A stretch of DNA of 64,000 nt, taken from the NCBI GenBank assembly GCA_963678065.2, contig CAXXVZ010000005.1, positions 864,001-928,000 on the forward strand, written 5' to 3'. This document shows, one piece after another, positions 22,266 through 33,845 of this stretch. The translations under genes were made by a program, and so were the position numbers. The stretch is from Treponemataceae bacterium. GTDB taxonomy: Bacteria > Spirochaetota > Spirochaetia > Treponematales > Rectinemataceae. A model generated the notes under the pieces. That model searched no databases, was not told where the DNA came from, and saw nothing but the letters and a program-made list of their open reading frames with translations. How positions within the stretch are numbered: the stretch's first letter is position 1; the number at the start of each line of letters is the position of its first letter.

Positions 22266-22896
22266 GTTATGTGCTGTGTTTTTGGGGCACACCCTGTGTC
22301 TTCTCTTCATTTCTATAATTCTTATTCCTTGGTTCTTTACTCTTAACCCTTTGTCTTTGCTTTTCAATACTTTATTCTAATACATAAGTATTTTATTTCT
22401 CTATACCATAGCTATTTATATACTTTGACCTTGCCTCTTTTATCGTATCCTGTTACCTATATATTTTATCCCTAACTTTATATTTATGGTTCGACTATTA
22501 TAGTTCAGTACACGTTTTTCGATGTTTCCAATTCAAAAATCTATCATTTTTACTCATAAACCATATAGTACATAATACCACTCAATATTTTTCTCTACTT
22601 CAAAATCACTTTTTTTGGATTCACCTATTTCATGGGACATATCTTATGAGAAAAATAGCAGCACCTTCGAAAAGCGTTTTGAACTCTATGATTATCCCAT
22701 ACTCAAGAATAGTATCTTTTATCTATACCATTTTTTGTACTGCACATACCAACAACACTGAATATGGCACTGATCCACAATTACTACAGGATTGTTCATA
22801 AACCCAATATCAAGAGATTCTATTTTTAAATACTATGATGTCATTCAGAATCATACAGTTCAGTAAGAGATCCGCCCCAAAAACATTGCACATAAC
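22266..22896 (-). other. Long gene-less cassette, family L3 copy 1
   Basis: ~630 bp with no credible ORF; homologous to 50906-51540 and 52538-53167. Confidence 0.75.
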
Positions 22897-23097
22897 GTTC
22901 GCCTGCCTACGACGTTGTGGCGAGCATCGGCGAGCCACAATGTGCCTGAGCGGAATGAGCGCATGCGAGTGCAGCGATGGCCGAAGAAGGAGCCGACAGG
23001 CGACTGATGAGCGTGGGCAGTGCTGTTAGCTGATGGTTTGCCCCCCATCTATATCTTTTCTTTTCCCTCTTCACCTTATTCATTGTTCTTCACTATC

Positions 23098-23607
23098 TTA
23101 TATCTTTACCCAATAGTAACAATGTTCATGTTCTATCTTTTCCAATACCCCATTATTCCATTCTATTACTTTCCGTGATCCACTGTTCTTTTCATCACAG
23201 GTTATCAATACATCATTTATATTGAGTTTCTTTATTTCGCTCAATGTCAATTCCAATAACTTCTTCCCATATCCCTTATTCCGTTGTTCTTTCCGAATCC
23301 CATATCCTATATGCCCACCATGGGCACGCAATTTATCGGTTAAGTAATGCCTCATTTTTGAATACCCTAGCACTTCTTCATCATCCATAAGCCAATATAT
23401 TGTTTGTGGCACATATCCTTTTTCAAGCTCAGGAGCTTCATACTGCGCAATAAGTTTTTCGATATATCCTGGATATTCTTCCCATGAGATCCCATATCCA
23501 CCATTCATGAATCCATTTTCTTCTTGATCAATCGATTGTAGCATCTGATAAATGTTTCTATTCGTTGTATCACGTTCAGAAACCTTCTGAAGATAAATCC
23601 TACCCAT
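23098..23607 (-). CDS. GNAT N-acetyltransferase, copy 1 of 4
   Basis: 169 aa; GGHIGYGIRKEQRNKGYG. Confidence 0.9.
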   Translation of the reverse strand: MGRIYLQKVSERDTTNRNIYQMLQSIDQEENGFMNGGYGISWEEYPGYIEKLIAQYEAPELEKGYVPQTIYWLMDDEEVLGYSKMRHYLTDKLRAHGGHIGYGIRKEQRNKGYGKKLLELTLSEIKKLNINDVLITCDEKNSGSRKVIEWNNGVLEKIEHEHCYYWVKI

Positions 23608-23758
23608 AATAATTCCTTAAAAGAACAATACTGCATCACACAATCAAATAGTGCAAACCATATGTAAATTCACTATCCAAAGTCTCAAGCCGATACTACA
23701 GTTCATGCACTTTGAAAACAGTGGTATCGGCCTATCTGATCTCGGGGGGCAAACTTTC

Positions 23759-24529
23759 AGCTAACGTTCTGCCTGTTTGCGACGATGGCGTGAGCATCGG
23801 CGAACGCCATTGTGCCTGAGCGGAATGAGCAAAGCGAGTGTAGCGATGGCCGAAGAGGGAGCTTGCGACCGATGAGCGTGAACAGCGCTGTTAGTTGCAG
23901 TCGTGACCTTCGAGCGCGCTTGGATGGGGAGACTTGTCTCCTCATCCAATACTCTATCTTGCGCGCGTTCTTCTCTTCCTCTTCTCTTACCCTTATTTTT
24001 TCTTTCACGATTGCAACTAACGTTCTGCCTGTTTGCGACGATGGCGCGAGCATCGGCGAGCGCCATTGTGCCTGAGCGGAATGAGCGACAGCGAGTGCAG
24101 CGATGGCCGAAGAGGGAGCTTGCGACCGATGAGCGTGAACAGCGCTGTTAGTTGCAGTCGTGACCTTCGAGCGCGCTTGGATGGGGAGACTTGTCTCCCC
24201 ATCCAATGCTATATCTTGCGCGCGTTCTTCTCTTCCTCTTCTCTTACCCTTATTTTTTTCTTTCACGATTGCAACTAACGTTCTGCCTGTTTGCGACGAT
24301 GGCGTGAGCATCGGCGAGCGCCATTGTGCCTGAGCGGAATGAGCGGAGCGAGTGAAGCGATGGCCGAAGAGGGAGCCTGCGACCGATGAGCGTGAACAGC
24401 GCTGTTAGTTGCAGTCGTGACCTTCGAGCGCGCTTGGATGGGGAGACTTGTCTCCTCATCCAATGCTATATCTTGCGCGCGTTCTTCTCTTCCTCTTCTC
24501 TTACCCCTATTTTTTTCTTTCACGATTGC
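23759..24529 (-). repeat. SNC, 3 tandem copies
   Basis: Same unit. Confidence 0.9.
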
Positions 24530-24750
24530 AACTAACGTATGCCTGCCTGCGACGTTTTGGCCCGCATCGGCGGGACAAAATGTGCCTGAATGAAACGAGC
24601 GAATGCGAGTGGAATGAAGACCGAAGAAGGAGCCGAAGGCGACTGATGAGCGTGGGCAGCGCTGTTAGCTGCTTTACGAATCGCTCTTCATCAATATCTT
24701 TGTTTCTAATATTCGGAGCGCGCAGTGTACATGTAAATAGTTTTCTGTAT

Positions 24751-25560
24751 TTATCGTTTCAAAATGCTTTCAATCTTTTTCTTTTTTAGTTCTATCATTT
24801 TTGATATAAATTGATCATATTCTTCTGAAGGATAAAAAAGGTTTGGAATAAATTCACGGCTTTTAACTGTCATTGGATTAATGCTTTCCATAAGCTTACT
24901 CACAGTTGATGACCAGATATCATTTTCATATGTAACATTATATTTCCCTTTTTCAATTTGCTTATATAATATTTTAAGTTGTGAAAAATGTTCTTCCAAT
25001 TTCAACTCAGTTGAACTACTATAACCATTCCTAATTCTTTCTGTGATTATTTGCTGTATCTGTTCATAATTAGCTTCTTCTGTATTTACGTTACTCCTAA
25101 CATAGATTCGATTTTTAGCTAATTCTTCACCATCACATTCAGCAACAAATGGTATGTACTCCTTTTCATAATTTACAAATATTACTTGGAATTTTTTTCC
25201 AACTAATTTCCCATATTCACTATCAGCATATATAAAATCAACAATCTCATATCTTAAGTTTTTAGGTAAATATTTTTGAATACTTTTCCCAATAACTGTT
25301 TTATCTTCAACCTTGGTTAAGCCAATTGATTCCAAACTTCCATCATTGTTTTGTTTTACTCCAAAAATTAAAGCGCCATCTCCAGTATTAGCAATTCCTA
25401 AAATATGTTTAGCAATTTTTGAATAGGAACAATAATCTTGCTTAAAATCTAAATCATTAAATTCACCAAGATTGTTTTTTAGTAGATCACGCAATTTTGT
25501 TCTATTTGGATCATCAAAGAAATTAAAAAAATCTTCTTTAAAGCTTTTTTTTGTCTCCAT
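24751..25560 (-). CDS. AlbA_2 / Schlafen-like domain protein
   Basis: GEFNDLDFKQ...IAKHILGIANTGDGALIFGV...IYVR. Confidence 0.8.
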   Translation of the reverse strand: METKKSFKEDFFNFFDDPNRTKLRDLLKNNLGEFNDLDFKQDYCSYSKIAKHILGIANTGDGALIFGVKQNNDGSLESIGLTKVEDKTVIGKSIQKYLPKNLRYEIVDFIYADSEYGKLVGKKFQVIFVNYEKEYIPFVAECDGEELAKNRIYVRSNVNTEEANYEQIQQIITERIRNGYSSSTELKLEEHFSQLKILYKQIEKGKYNVTYENDIWSSTVSKLMESINPMTVKSREFIPNLFYPSEEYDQFISKMIELKKKKIESILKR

Positions 25561-25865
25561 TATTTTTTCTCCTAAACATTTTCTCAATTAATACATGAAC
25601 CATACAGACGAAGAATAGGACGCTATGAGAAGTCTCAACTCTCGCGATTCGTATTGCAGCTAACGTTCGCCTGCCTACGACGTTGTGGCGAGCATCGGCG
25701 AGCCACAATGTGCCTGAGCGGAATGAGCGCATGCGAGTGCAGCGATGGCCGAAGAAGGAGCCGACAGGCGACTGATGAGCGTGGGCAGTGCTGTTAGCTG
25801 ATGGTTTGCCCCCCATCTATATCTTTTCTTTTCCCTCTTCACCTTATTCATTGTTCTTCACTATC

Positions 25866-26375
25866 TTATATCTTTACCCAATAGTAACAATGTTCATGTT
25901 CTATCTTTTCCAATACCCCATTATTCCATTCTATTACTTTCCGTGATCCACTGTTCTTTTCATCACAGGTTATCAATACATCATTTATATTGAGTTTCTT
26001 TATTTCGCTCAATGTCAATTCCAATAACTTCTTCCCATATCCCTTATTCCGTTGTTCTTTCCGAATCCCATATCCTATATGCCCACCATGGGCACGCAAT
26101 TTATCGGTTAAGTAATGCCTCATTTTTGAATACCCTAGCACTTCTTCATCATCCATAAGCCAGTATATTGTTTGTGGCACATATCCTTTTTCAAGCTCAG
26201 GAGCTTCATACTGCGCAATAAGTTTTTCGATATATCCTGGATATTCTTCCCATGAGATCCCATATCCACCATTCATGAATCCATTTTCTTCTTGATCAAT
26301 CGATTGTAGCATCTGATAAATGTTTCTATTCGTTGTATCACGTTCAGAAACCTTCTGAAGATAAATCCTACCCAT
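25866..26375 (-). CDS. GNAT N-acetyltransferase, copy 2 of 4
   Basis: Protein identical to 23098-23607. Confidence 0.9.
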   Translation of the reverse strand: MGRIYLQKVSERDTTNRNIYQMLQSIDQEENGFMNGGYGISWEEYPGYIEKLIAQYEAPELEKGYVPQTIYWLMDDEEVLGYSKMRHYLTDKLRAHGGHIGYGIRKEQRNKGYGKKLLELTLSEIKKLNINDVLITCDEKNSGSRKVIEWNNGVLEKIEHEHCYYWVKI

Positions 26376-26526
26376 AATAATTCCTTAAAAGAACAATACT
26401 GCATCACACAATCAAATAGTGCAAACCATATGTAAATTCACTATCCAAAGTCTCAAGCCGATACTACAGTTCATGCACTTTGAAAACAGTGGTATCGGCC
26501 TATCTGATCTCGGGGGGCAAACTTTC

Positions 26527-27042
26527 AGCTAACGTTCTGCCTGTTTGCGACGATGGCGTGAGCATCGGCGAGCGCCATTGTGCCTGAGCGGAATGAGCGG
26601 AGCGAGTGAAGCGATGGCCGAAGAGGGAGCCTGCGACCGATGAGCGTGAACAGCGCTGTTAGTTGCAGTCGTGACCTTCGAGCGCGCTTGGATGGGGAGA
26701 CTTGTCTCCTCATCCAATGCTATATCTTGCGCGCGTTCTTCTCTTCCTCTTCTCTTACCCCTATTTTTTTCTTTCACGATTGCAACTAACGTTCTGCCTG
26801 TTTGCGACGATGGCGTGAGCATCGGCGAGCGCCATTGTGCCTGAGCGGAATGAGCGCATGCGAGTGCAGCGAATGGCCGAAGAGGGAGCTTGCGACCGAT
26901 GAGCGTGAACAGCGCTGTTAGTTGCAGTCGTGACCTTCGAGCGCGCTTGGATGGGGAGACTTGTCTCCCCATCCAATGCTATATCTTGCGCGCGTTCTTC
27001 TCTTCTTCTTCTCTTACCCTTATTTTTTTCTTTCACGATTGC
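26527..27042 (-). repeat. SNC, 2 tandem copies
   Basis: Same unit. Confidence 0.9.
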
Positions 27043-27178
27043 AACTAACGTTCGCCTGCCTACGACGTTGTGGCGAGCATCGGCGAGCCACAATGTGCCT
27101 GAGCGGAATGAGCGATAGCGAGTGCAGCGATGGCCGAAGAAGGAGCCGAAAGGCGACTGATGAGCGTGGGCAGTGCTG

Positions 27179-27976
27179 TTAGGTGCTGTTTTTCGGGCTA
27201 ACCTGGATCCTATCCCGTATCGTTTCTATTTTCTCTTTTGCCTTTTTTAGAAACGTTTTATTCTCTTCTCCATTTTTAGTTACTACTTCTAATGTATAGA
27301 TTCCCGTATATGTTTTCGGAAATTTCTGTATCATCATATCCCACTCAATAATTCCTTCATCAGGCAACCAATGCGAATCATTAATTCCATCATTATCTGA
27401 TAAATGCACACATAACAATTTATCTTTATACGTTTCTACTATTTCATAAGGAGTACGTGCATATAATTTGTCATGAGAACTATCATAACAGAAACCTAAA
27501 TACTCTGAATGTATGGTTTCATATATTTTATCAAGAAGAATAGGAACTCTGGTATTTTCAAGCGCAATTTTTACATTTTTATCTTCAGCTAACTTTACCA
27601 GATCGTGTAGTATACTGATTCCAGAATCGTTTATTTCCTGTATCTGATACCCTTTCGATATATGCATCACCAGTATTGGAATGGCATGTTTTGAACAAAA
27701 CTCTATATACGTTCTATATTCATTTTTTATACTATTTGCCTTAACAGTATCCAATGACCATATATCATTACATGCATCAAATGGAATATGAGCATTTTCA
27801 AGAAAGAGCCCAGAATCCCGGACTATATACGGCATATCATCCATTTTGTTATGTTTCACCAAGGAATCTTCTTCCCCAATCCACATGGATGTTGCATCAA
27901 AACCTGTTTCTTTTATGGAACTGATTCTCTCTATAAACGGCTTATCTATTCCATACCAAGAAAATATTCCAATCAT
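27179..27976 (-). CDS. Sugar phosphate isomerase/epimerase (xylose isomerase-like TIM barrel), copy 1
   Basis: IALEN, FCYDSSH, VHLSDNDG, HWLPDEG. True start is MIGIFSW; the longer ORF reads through attC. Confidence 0.85.
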   Translation of the reverse strand: MIGIFSWYGIDKPFIERISSIKETGFDATSMWIGEEDSLVKHNKMDDMPYIVRDSGLFLENAHIPFDACNDIWSLDTVKANSIKNEYRTYIEFCSKHAIPILVMHISKGYQIQEINDSGISILHDLVKLAEDKNVKIALENTRVPILLDKIYETIHSEYLGFCYDSSHDKLYARTPYEIVETYKDKLLCVHLSDNDGINDSHWLPDEGIIEWDMMIQKFPKTYTGIYTLEVVTKNGEENKTFLKKAKEKIETIRDRIQVSPKNST

Positions 27977-28012
27977 TTTATTGTTACCCCTAGAGGCAGC
28001 CCGAAAAATTGC

Positions 28013-28270
28013 ACCTAACGTTCTGCCTGTTTGCGACGATGGCGTGAGCATCGGCGAACGCCATTGTGCCTGAGCGGAATGAGCGCATGCGAGTGGAGCG
28101 ATGGCCGAAGAGGGAGCCTGCGACCGATGAGCGTGAACAGCGCTGTTAGTTGCAGTCGTGACCTTCGAGCGCGCTTGGATGGGGAGACTTGTCTCCCCAT
28201 CCAATACTATATCTTGCGCGCGTTCTTCTCTTCCTCTTCTCTTAACCCTTATTTTTTCTTTCACGATTGC
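28013..28270 (-). repeat. SNC, 1 copy
   Basis: Same unit. Confidence 0.9.
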
Positions 28271-28420
28271 AACTAACGTTTTGTGCCTCTGACGTTTCGG
28301 ACCGCATCGGCGGGCCGAAATGTGCCTGAGTGGAGTGAGCGAATGCGAGCGGAACGATGGCCGAAGAGCCCTGAAAGGGCGATGAGCAGGGGCACGGTGT
28401 TATGCGCTGTTATTTTATTT

Positions 28421-28933
28421 TTATTTTGGATTGATATAAATAGTCCAATAGTTTTCACTACTATTACTCTCTATGCATAATATTATCTGTAATTTTTCTG
28501 GCATAGATAGCATCATCCATCCGGTTCTTCCTGATTTATAAGTTACTTGGCCGGAAGATAATATATTTTTACCTAATTTGCTTCCCTTTGGAATCATTGA
28601 AATTGCTGGCGCTTTCCCTGCATCAACATATTTCATTCCATCAAGAAATGGAATATAAGAATTATCATTATAAAATACTGTAGATTTTTCCCAAATAATT
28701 CGCGCTATAGATAAAGAATTATTTGCAATACTTACTTCAACCCACCCAATACCTGGTTTGTCATCTAAGGGGAATTGATATTCTATATGCGGAATAGTGA
28801 CAGTTACTCCTGAACTTTTTTTCTCACTTTCAACAACAATGTTAAAATCGCTAGTATTTCTCCATTGAAAATCTTGTGCAAACAAAATTTGAGTTGCAAA
28901 AAATATTAATCCAATAAATGCAATCTTTTTCAT
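28421..28933 (-). CDS. Secreted hypothetical protein
   Basis: Signal peptide-like MKKIAFIGLIFFATQILFA; AAGGG RBS. Confidence 0.7.
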   Translation of the reverse strand: MKKIAFIGLIFFATQILFAQDFQWRNTSDFNIVVESEKKSSGVTVTIPHIEYQFPLDDKPGIGWVEVSIANNSLSIARIIWEKSTVFYNDNSYIPFLDGMKYVDAGKAPAISMIPKGSKLGKNILSSGQVTYKSGRTGWMMLSMPEKLQIILCIESNSSENYWTIYINPK

Positions 28934-29198
28934 ATATCCCTTCTTTTTATAAAAATATGAAGCCTCCAACGGAGGCAATATTAAGCGATATTTATTAATA
29001 TTACAGATGAAACCCATATGATTATAGACATAATATTTTATTTTGTCATGTTTACAAATACGATCTCATAATAATCGTAATGACATAATGAAATTGAAGC
29101 ACGAAATTTAAAATGTACTTATGCATATATAACTAATATAATTTTAATTGCACGAATTAAATATCTTACTTAGTTTGTAAACATTTAATAATGTATTA

Positions 29199-29295
29199 CT
29201 GGTTTTTCATTAGCAAGACAACGTGAGTTACAATATTCCCCAATGAACACAAGGTAAATTCAAGAGTCATGTTGTGCTAAAAAAGAAAGAGTTAG
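29199..29295 (-). mobile_element. MITE, diverged copy in reverse orientation
   Basis: 97 bp reverse-complement homolog of 33321-33418, flanked by TA on both sides. Confidence 0.8.
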
Positions 29296-29352
29296 TAACA
29301 AACAACATTTTTAAGTGACATAAGGTATATTTTAAAAAAATAAAATAATTGC

Positions 29353-29867
29353 GCATAACGTTCTGCCTGTTTGCGACGATGGCGCGAGCATCGGCGAGCG
29401 CCATTGTGCCTGAGCGAAACGAGCGCATGCGAGTGCAGCGATGGCCGAAGAGGGAGCCTGCGACCGATGAGCGTGAACAGCGCTGTTAGTTGCAGTCGTG
29501 ACCTTCGAGCGCGCTTGGATGGGGAGACTTGTCTCCTCATCCAATACTCTATCTTGCGCGCGTTCTTCTCTTCCTCTTTTCTTACCCTTATTTTTTTCTT
29601 TCACGATTGCAACTAACGTTCTGCCTGTTTACGACGATGGCGTGAGCATCGGCGAGCGCCATTGTGCCTGAGCGGAATGAGCGCATGCGAGTGCAGCGAT
29701 GGCCGAAGAGGGAGCCTGCGACCGATGAGCGTGAACAGCGCTGTTAGTTGCAGTCGTGACCTTCGAGCGCGCTTGGATGGGGAGACTTGTCTCTCCATCC
29801 AATACTATATCTTGCGCGCGTTCTTCTCTTCCTCTTCTCTTACCCTTATTTTTTCTTTCACGATTGC
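29353..29867 (-). repeat. SNC, 2 tandem copies
   Basis: Same unit. Confidence 0.9.
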
Positions 29868-30067
29868 AACTAACGTTCGCCTGCCTACGACGTTGTGGCG
29901 AGCATCGGCGAGCCACAATGTGCCTGAGCGGAATGAGCGACAGCGAGTGCAGCGAAGGCCGAAGAAGGAGCCGATAGGCGACTGATGAGCGTGGGCAGTG
30001 CTGTTAGGCGCCGTTATCTATTTATATCTATACAATTCTAATGTCAGATATTGCATTTTCTAGTTAC

Positions 30068-30340
30068 TTATTCATCATGCGGAATACTCTCGAGTATTGT
30101 GTTTAAATCTGTAACAACATTTACTACTTTATTTTCCTCTATTTCAGTAATAATTTTATTTATCTTATCAATAAGTAGTTGATAATCTTTTGTTCTAGCC
30201 CCATAGCGATTCAACACCTCTTCTATTTCTGATTCGAAAAGCATTTCTTTTGCTTCTCGTGCTTTTTGTCTTTGTGACTCATTCGAATCATCAGAGGTAA
30301 TAATTCTTTGAAGCCTATCTAATTCTGATTGATAATCCAT
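30068..30340 (-). CDS. Hypothetical helical protein
   Basis: 90 aa; AGGAGG RBS. Confidence 0.75.
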   Translation of the reverse strand: MDYQSELDRLQRIITSDDSNESQRQKAREAKEMLFESEIEEVLNRYGARTKDYQLLIDKINKIITEIEENKVVNVVTDLNTILESIPHDE

Positions 30341-30357
30341 ACATTCCTCCTATAAGA

Positions 30358-31470
30358 TTATAGATTAAAAACACCTGCTTTATCTAATGCATCAAGATCA
30401 CGTTTTACGCTAAAAATAAACGAACTTAATTCATAGGTTTGCTGCGCTATATCTATGGGTTCATTAATTAATACAAGTATGTTACTCAACGCTACTTTTG
30501 TTTTAGCTAATAATTGACTATATGATACAATTAATTTGTATAATGCAACTTGAGTATCGATGACTACACGATACCTGATCGCATCATCATTAGCTTTTAT
30601 TGTACATTGTTCAATGTAACTAATAATAAGTTCATCAAGTATTTTCCCCGTACCATAAACTAATATTTCTTTATTTTCAGTTAATTCAACACTATCGTAT
30701 ATTTTTCGCATTTTTGTTTGAACTTCATCTAACCTTGATTTTTGCAAGCCCGAAGGCTCCAAATACTCGCGTAAAATATTTTTTATATTACGTAAAGCAG
30801 TTGCAACATTATCTTGATACTCAGTTAGCATTCTATCAGATTGCAACGCTTTTAATCTATAAAAATCTTCTCCATCCTTTGCAAACAAGAGCAAGATATC
30901 TTGTATTATCGGTTCAGTAATTTTCATTGTAGCAATAAATTGCTCGCGATTATTCGCTTCAGTCAATTTTGCAACTATAGTTGCTAAAATATTGCCAGAA
31001 ATTGAAAGTATTTCATTTGAGAATAGCGATGATGTTAATTTATTTATATTATTTATTAGTGAATTACTTATTGATTTTACATCTTCTATATTTTTCCCTT
31101 CAGCAAGTGCAGTTAACAATGAATTATAATTTGATATTGCCAATAAGGCATCAAAACGATAATCCAAATCACTTTTTACGTTTCTACCTTGAACCGTAGA
31201 TGTTATATCTACCTCATGTGGATATTCCTTATAACTTGTTTTTGTTTCTTTTTTCCCATCTGTATCAACTTTAGTACTTTTCTTTTTTTCTTCTGCTAAC
31301 TTAGCTTTATCAAATTCAAGTAATACTTGTCCTGTGATATCTTTTGTCTCTTTAAAGACATCATTGTATGCTTGCCATTCTCTTTGTGGAATACTTACAC
31401 ATCCCCATAATCCAGATAGTATCATCAAGATTATTCCATAAGTACCTAATCTTCTTCCATTCATACACAT
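30358..31470 (-). CDS. Putative lipoprotein
   Basis: 370 aa; hydrophobic leader ending LWGC (lipobox-like). Confidence 0.7.
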   Translation of the reverse strand: MCMNGRRLGTYGIILMILSGLWGCVSIPQREWQAYNDVFKETKDITGQVLLEFDKAKLAEEKKKSTKVDTDGKKETKTSYKEYPHEVDITSTVQGRNVKSDLDYRFDALLAISNYNSLLTALAEGKNIEDVKSISNSLINNINKLTSSLFSNEILSISGNILATIVAKLTEANNREQFIATMKITEPIIQDILLLFAKDGEDFYRLKALQSDRMLTEYQDNVATALRNIKNILREYLEPSGLQKSRLDEVQTKMRKIYDSVELTENKEILVYGTGKILDELIISYIEQCTIKANDDAIRYRVVIDTQVALYKLIVSYSQLLAKTKVALSNILVLINEPIDIAQQTYELSSFIFSVKRDLDALDKAGVFNL

Positions 31471-31735
31471 CCTCCTTCGATATAATAGAATTTAGAGTTA
31501 TGCTAATGTAAATAGATTATGGCGCCTAACGTTCGCCTGCCTACGACGTTGTGGCGAGCATCGGCGAGCCACAATGTGCCTGAATGGAACGAGCGGATGC
31601 GAGTGGAGTGAAGGCCGAAGAAGGAGCCGAAGGCGACTGATGAGCGTGGGCAGTGCTGTTAGGCGCTGTACCAATTCCCCGTCTTAATTGAACCATCTCC
31701 GCGCCGGACGCCCGGAGGGCGAGGCGCGGAGATAT

Positions 31736-33008
31736 GGCTCTTCGACGAATCGTGTGGGTAACCAAGGAAGCATGGTAGGATGAGCAGGATGAAAGACGTA
31801 GAACTATTCGCCCTTGCGCTTGGATTATCTGAACCCTGGATTGTTGAGAACATAGAGTTCAAACCAACAGAACATCGGCTTGATATACAGCTTGGGTTCA
31901 AGCCCGGGAGTCGTTTTCCGTGTTTTTCCTGCGATTACAAGGGTACAGCCTACGATACGATGCCCAAAACATGGCGTCACCTCAATTTTTTCCAGCATGA
32001 AGCCTATCTGCATGCACGGGTTCCGCGGATAGACTGTCCTGAGCATGGCGTTCATCTGATTGATATCCCGTGGGCTCGTAAAGGATCGGGATTTACGCTG
32101 CTGTATGAAGCCCTCATGATGATCATGGTCAAGGAAATGAGCGTCAAGGCAGTTTCCAGACTGACAGCTACCACCGATACGCGAGTGTGGCGAATTATGG
32201 ACCATTATGTTTCCGAAGACGTGGCTACACAAGATTTATCGAAAACCACACGAATCGGAATCGACGAAACAGCAGCCAAACGCGGACACTCATACATCAC
32301 CGTTGTGGCCGATCTCGATACAGGGAAAGCCATATATGTGACCGAAGGCAAGGATGCATCCACTATAAAAGCCTTTACAGAGCATCTGGAAGCCCATGGA
32401 GGCTCGAAAACTGCTATCACGGACGTCTGTACCGATATGTCGCCGGCGTTCATGTCCGGGATCGAAGAGCATCTTCCACAGGCTGCTCTCACGTTTGATC
32501 GGTTTCATGTCATGAAGCTTCTGGGTGAAGCAGTCAACGACGTGCGGAAAGAAGAATCAACGATGGAAACGGTACTCAGAGGTTCGAAATATGTCTGGTT
32601 GAGCAACCCCTACAATCTGTCGGTTAAGAATTTGGCCCGTCTCAACACCTTGTCAGGATTACAGTTAAAAACAGGGCGAGCATGGCGAATGATGAACATT
32701 TTCAAGGGACTTTTCGAATTCTCGGCTTCTCGAGCCATAGAAGAACTTGAAAAATGGAGAGTATGGGCAACACGATCACAGCTTACCCCAATCATCAATT
32801 TTGCTGCGATGCTGAAACGACACTGGAATGGAGTCGTTCGGTGGCTTACATCCGGAGTGACAAATGGGCTTCTTGAATCGTTGAATAGTCTGATTCAGTC
32901 AGCAAAGACCAGAGCCAGAGGATTCCGAACTATCAAAAATCTCAAGATCATGACCTACATTGTCGCCGGTAAACTGGGGCAGTTACCCACATGAAACAGC
33001 GAAGAGCC
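31736..33008 (+). mobile_element. ISL3-family insertion sequence, copy 1
   Basis: 1273 bp; ends GGCTCTTCG...CGAAGAGCC; 8 bp TSD GGAGATAT; empty site visible near 60736. Confidence 0.95.
31780..32994 (+). CDS. ISL3-family transposase
   Basis: 404 aa; WRHL, IGIDE, CTDMS, FDRFHV, TNGLLESLNS, RARGFR. Confidence 0.95.
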   Translation: MSRMKDVELFALALGLSEPWIVENIEFKPTEHRLDIQLGFKPGSRFPCFSCDYKGTAYDTMPKTWRHLNFFQHEAYLHARVPRIDCPEHGVHLIDIPWARKGSGFTLLYEALMMIMVKEMSVKAVSRLTATTDTRVWRIMDHYVSEDVATQDLSKTTRIGIDETAAKRGHSYITVVADLDTGKAIYVTEGKDASTIKAFTEHLEAHGGSKTAITDVCTDMSPAFMSGIEEHLPQAALTFDRFHVMKLLGEAVNDVRKEESTMETVLRGSKYVWLSNPYNLSVKNLARLNTLSGLQLKTGRAWRMMNIFKGLFEFSASRAIEELEKWRVWATRSQLTPIINFAAMLKRHWNGVVRWLTSGVTNGLLESLNSLIQSAKTRARGFRTIKNLKIMTYIVAGKLGQLPT

Positions 33009-33320
33009 GGAGATATTATATCCTAATCTTTAATCATAAAACTTTGAACAAAATATTCAGGAAATAATATTCCTATTCTTCTTTTTAACTTATTCCATCC
33101 TAAAACATTTTTATCAATTACTATTTCAAATTGCTTTCTATAATCCTCTTGTAAATTTTCGAGAATCAATTCCTTAATTCCATTAATAGTATTTAAACAG
33201 GTATCAATATCATCCTTTTCAATCTGAAACATTGTCTGAGAAGCAAATTCAACGGAAATATCTTTTTCAGATTCAAATACAGGAATAGTCCCTTCAAAAA
33301 ACACATGATCAAATTTATTA

Positions 33321-33418
33321 CTAATTCTTTCGTATTTAGCACAACATGACTTATGAATTTACCTTGTATTCATTGGGCAATATTGTAACTCACGTTGTCA
33401 TACTAATGAAAGATTTAG
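33321..33418 (+). mobile_element. 98 bp MITE with TA target duplication
   Basis: TIR CTAATTCTTTC / GAAAGATTTAG; absent from the intact paralog. Confidence 0.93.
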
Positions 33419-33747
33419 TAACTCCTGGCTGAATATTCCCATGCAAGAAGTCATTTCGCTTATTCATCATTACTAAAAAGTTTTTAAACCTAATATCCAT
33501 TTGGTCAATCTGCTTTTTTAATCCAATACAATTCAAATGTAATGTCTTTATCCTTATATCAATATTATTTCTAAAAATACTATCTAATAGTCTTTCATCT
33601 TCTTTTATTTCAGGCCTTGCAAAGTAAAATACTACAAGATTGATAAATGACTCACCTACAACTGGCGCCAACATTCGTATTGCTAATCCATAATCCTTTA
33701 TTTTTATTATAGAATCTGTGTATCTCTTCATATCAGATAGGTACTTA

Positions 33748-33845
33748 CTAACTCTTTCGTTTTTAGTACAACATGACTTATGAATTTACCTTGTATTCAA
33801 TGGGGAATATCGCAATTCACTTTGTCCTACTAATGAAAGATTTAG
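33748..33845 (+). mobile_element. 98 bp MITE with TA target duplication
   Basis: TIR CTAACTCTTTC / GAAAGATTTAG; absent from the intact paralog. Confidence 0.93.

Noticed and set aside
27977..28264. Long N-terminal extensions on ORFs 27179-28264, 21633-22367, 45809-47230, 49340-50143, 39345-39680 and 44819-45703
   Set aside because: They cross attC sites; downstream starts inside the cassette are more plausible.
31825..32798. Overlapping ORFs inside ISL3 (and inside the other IS elements)
   Set aside because: They are shadow frames of the transposases with no independent support.
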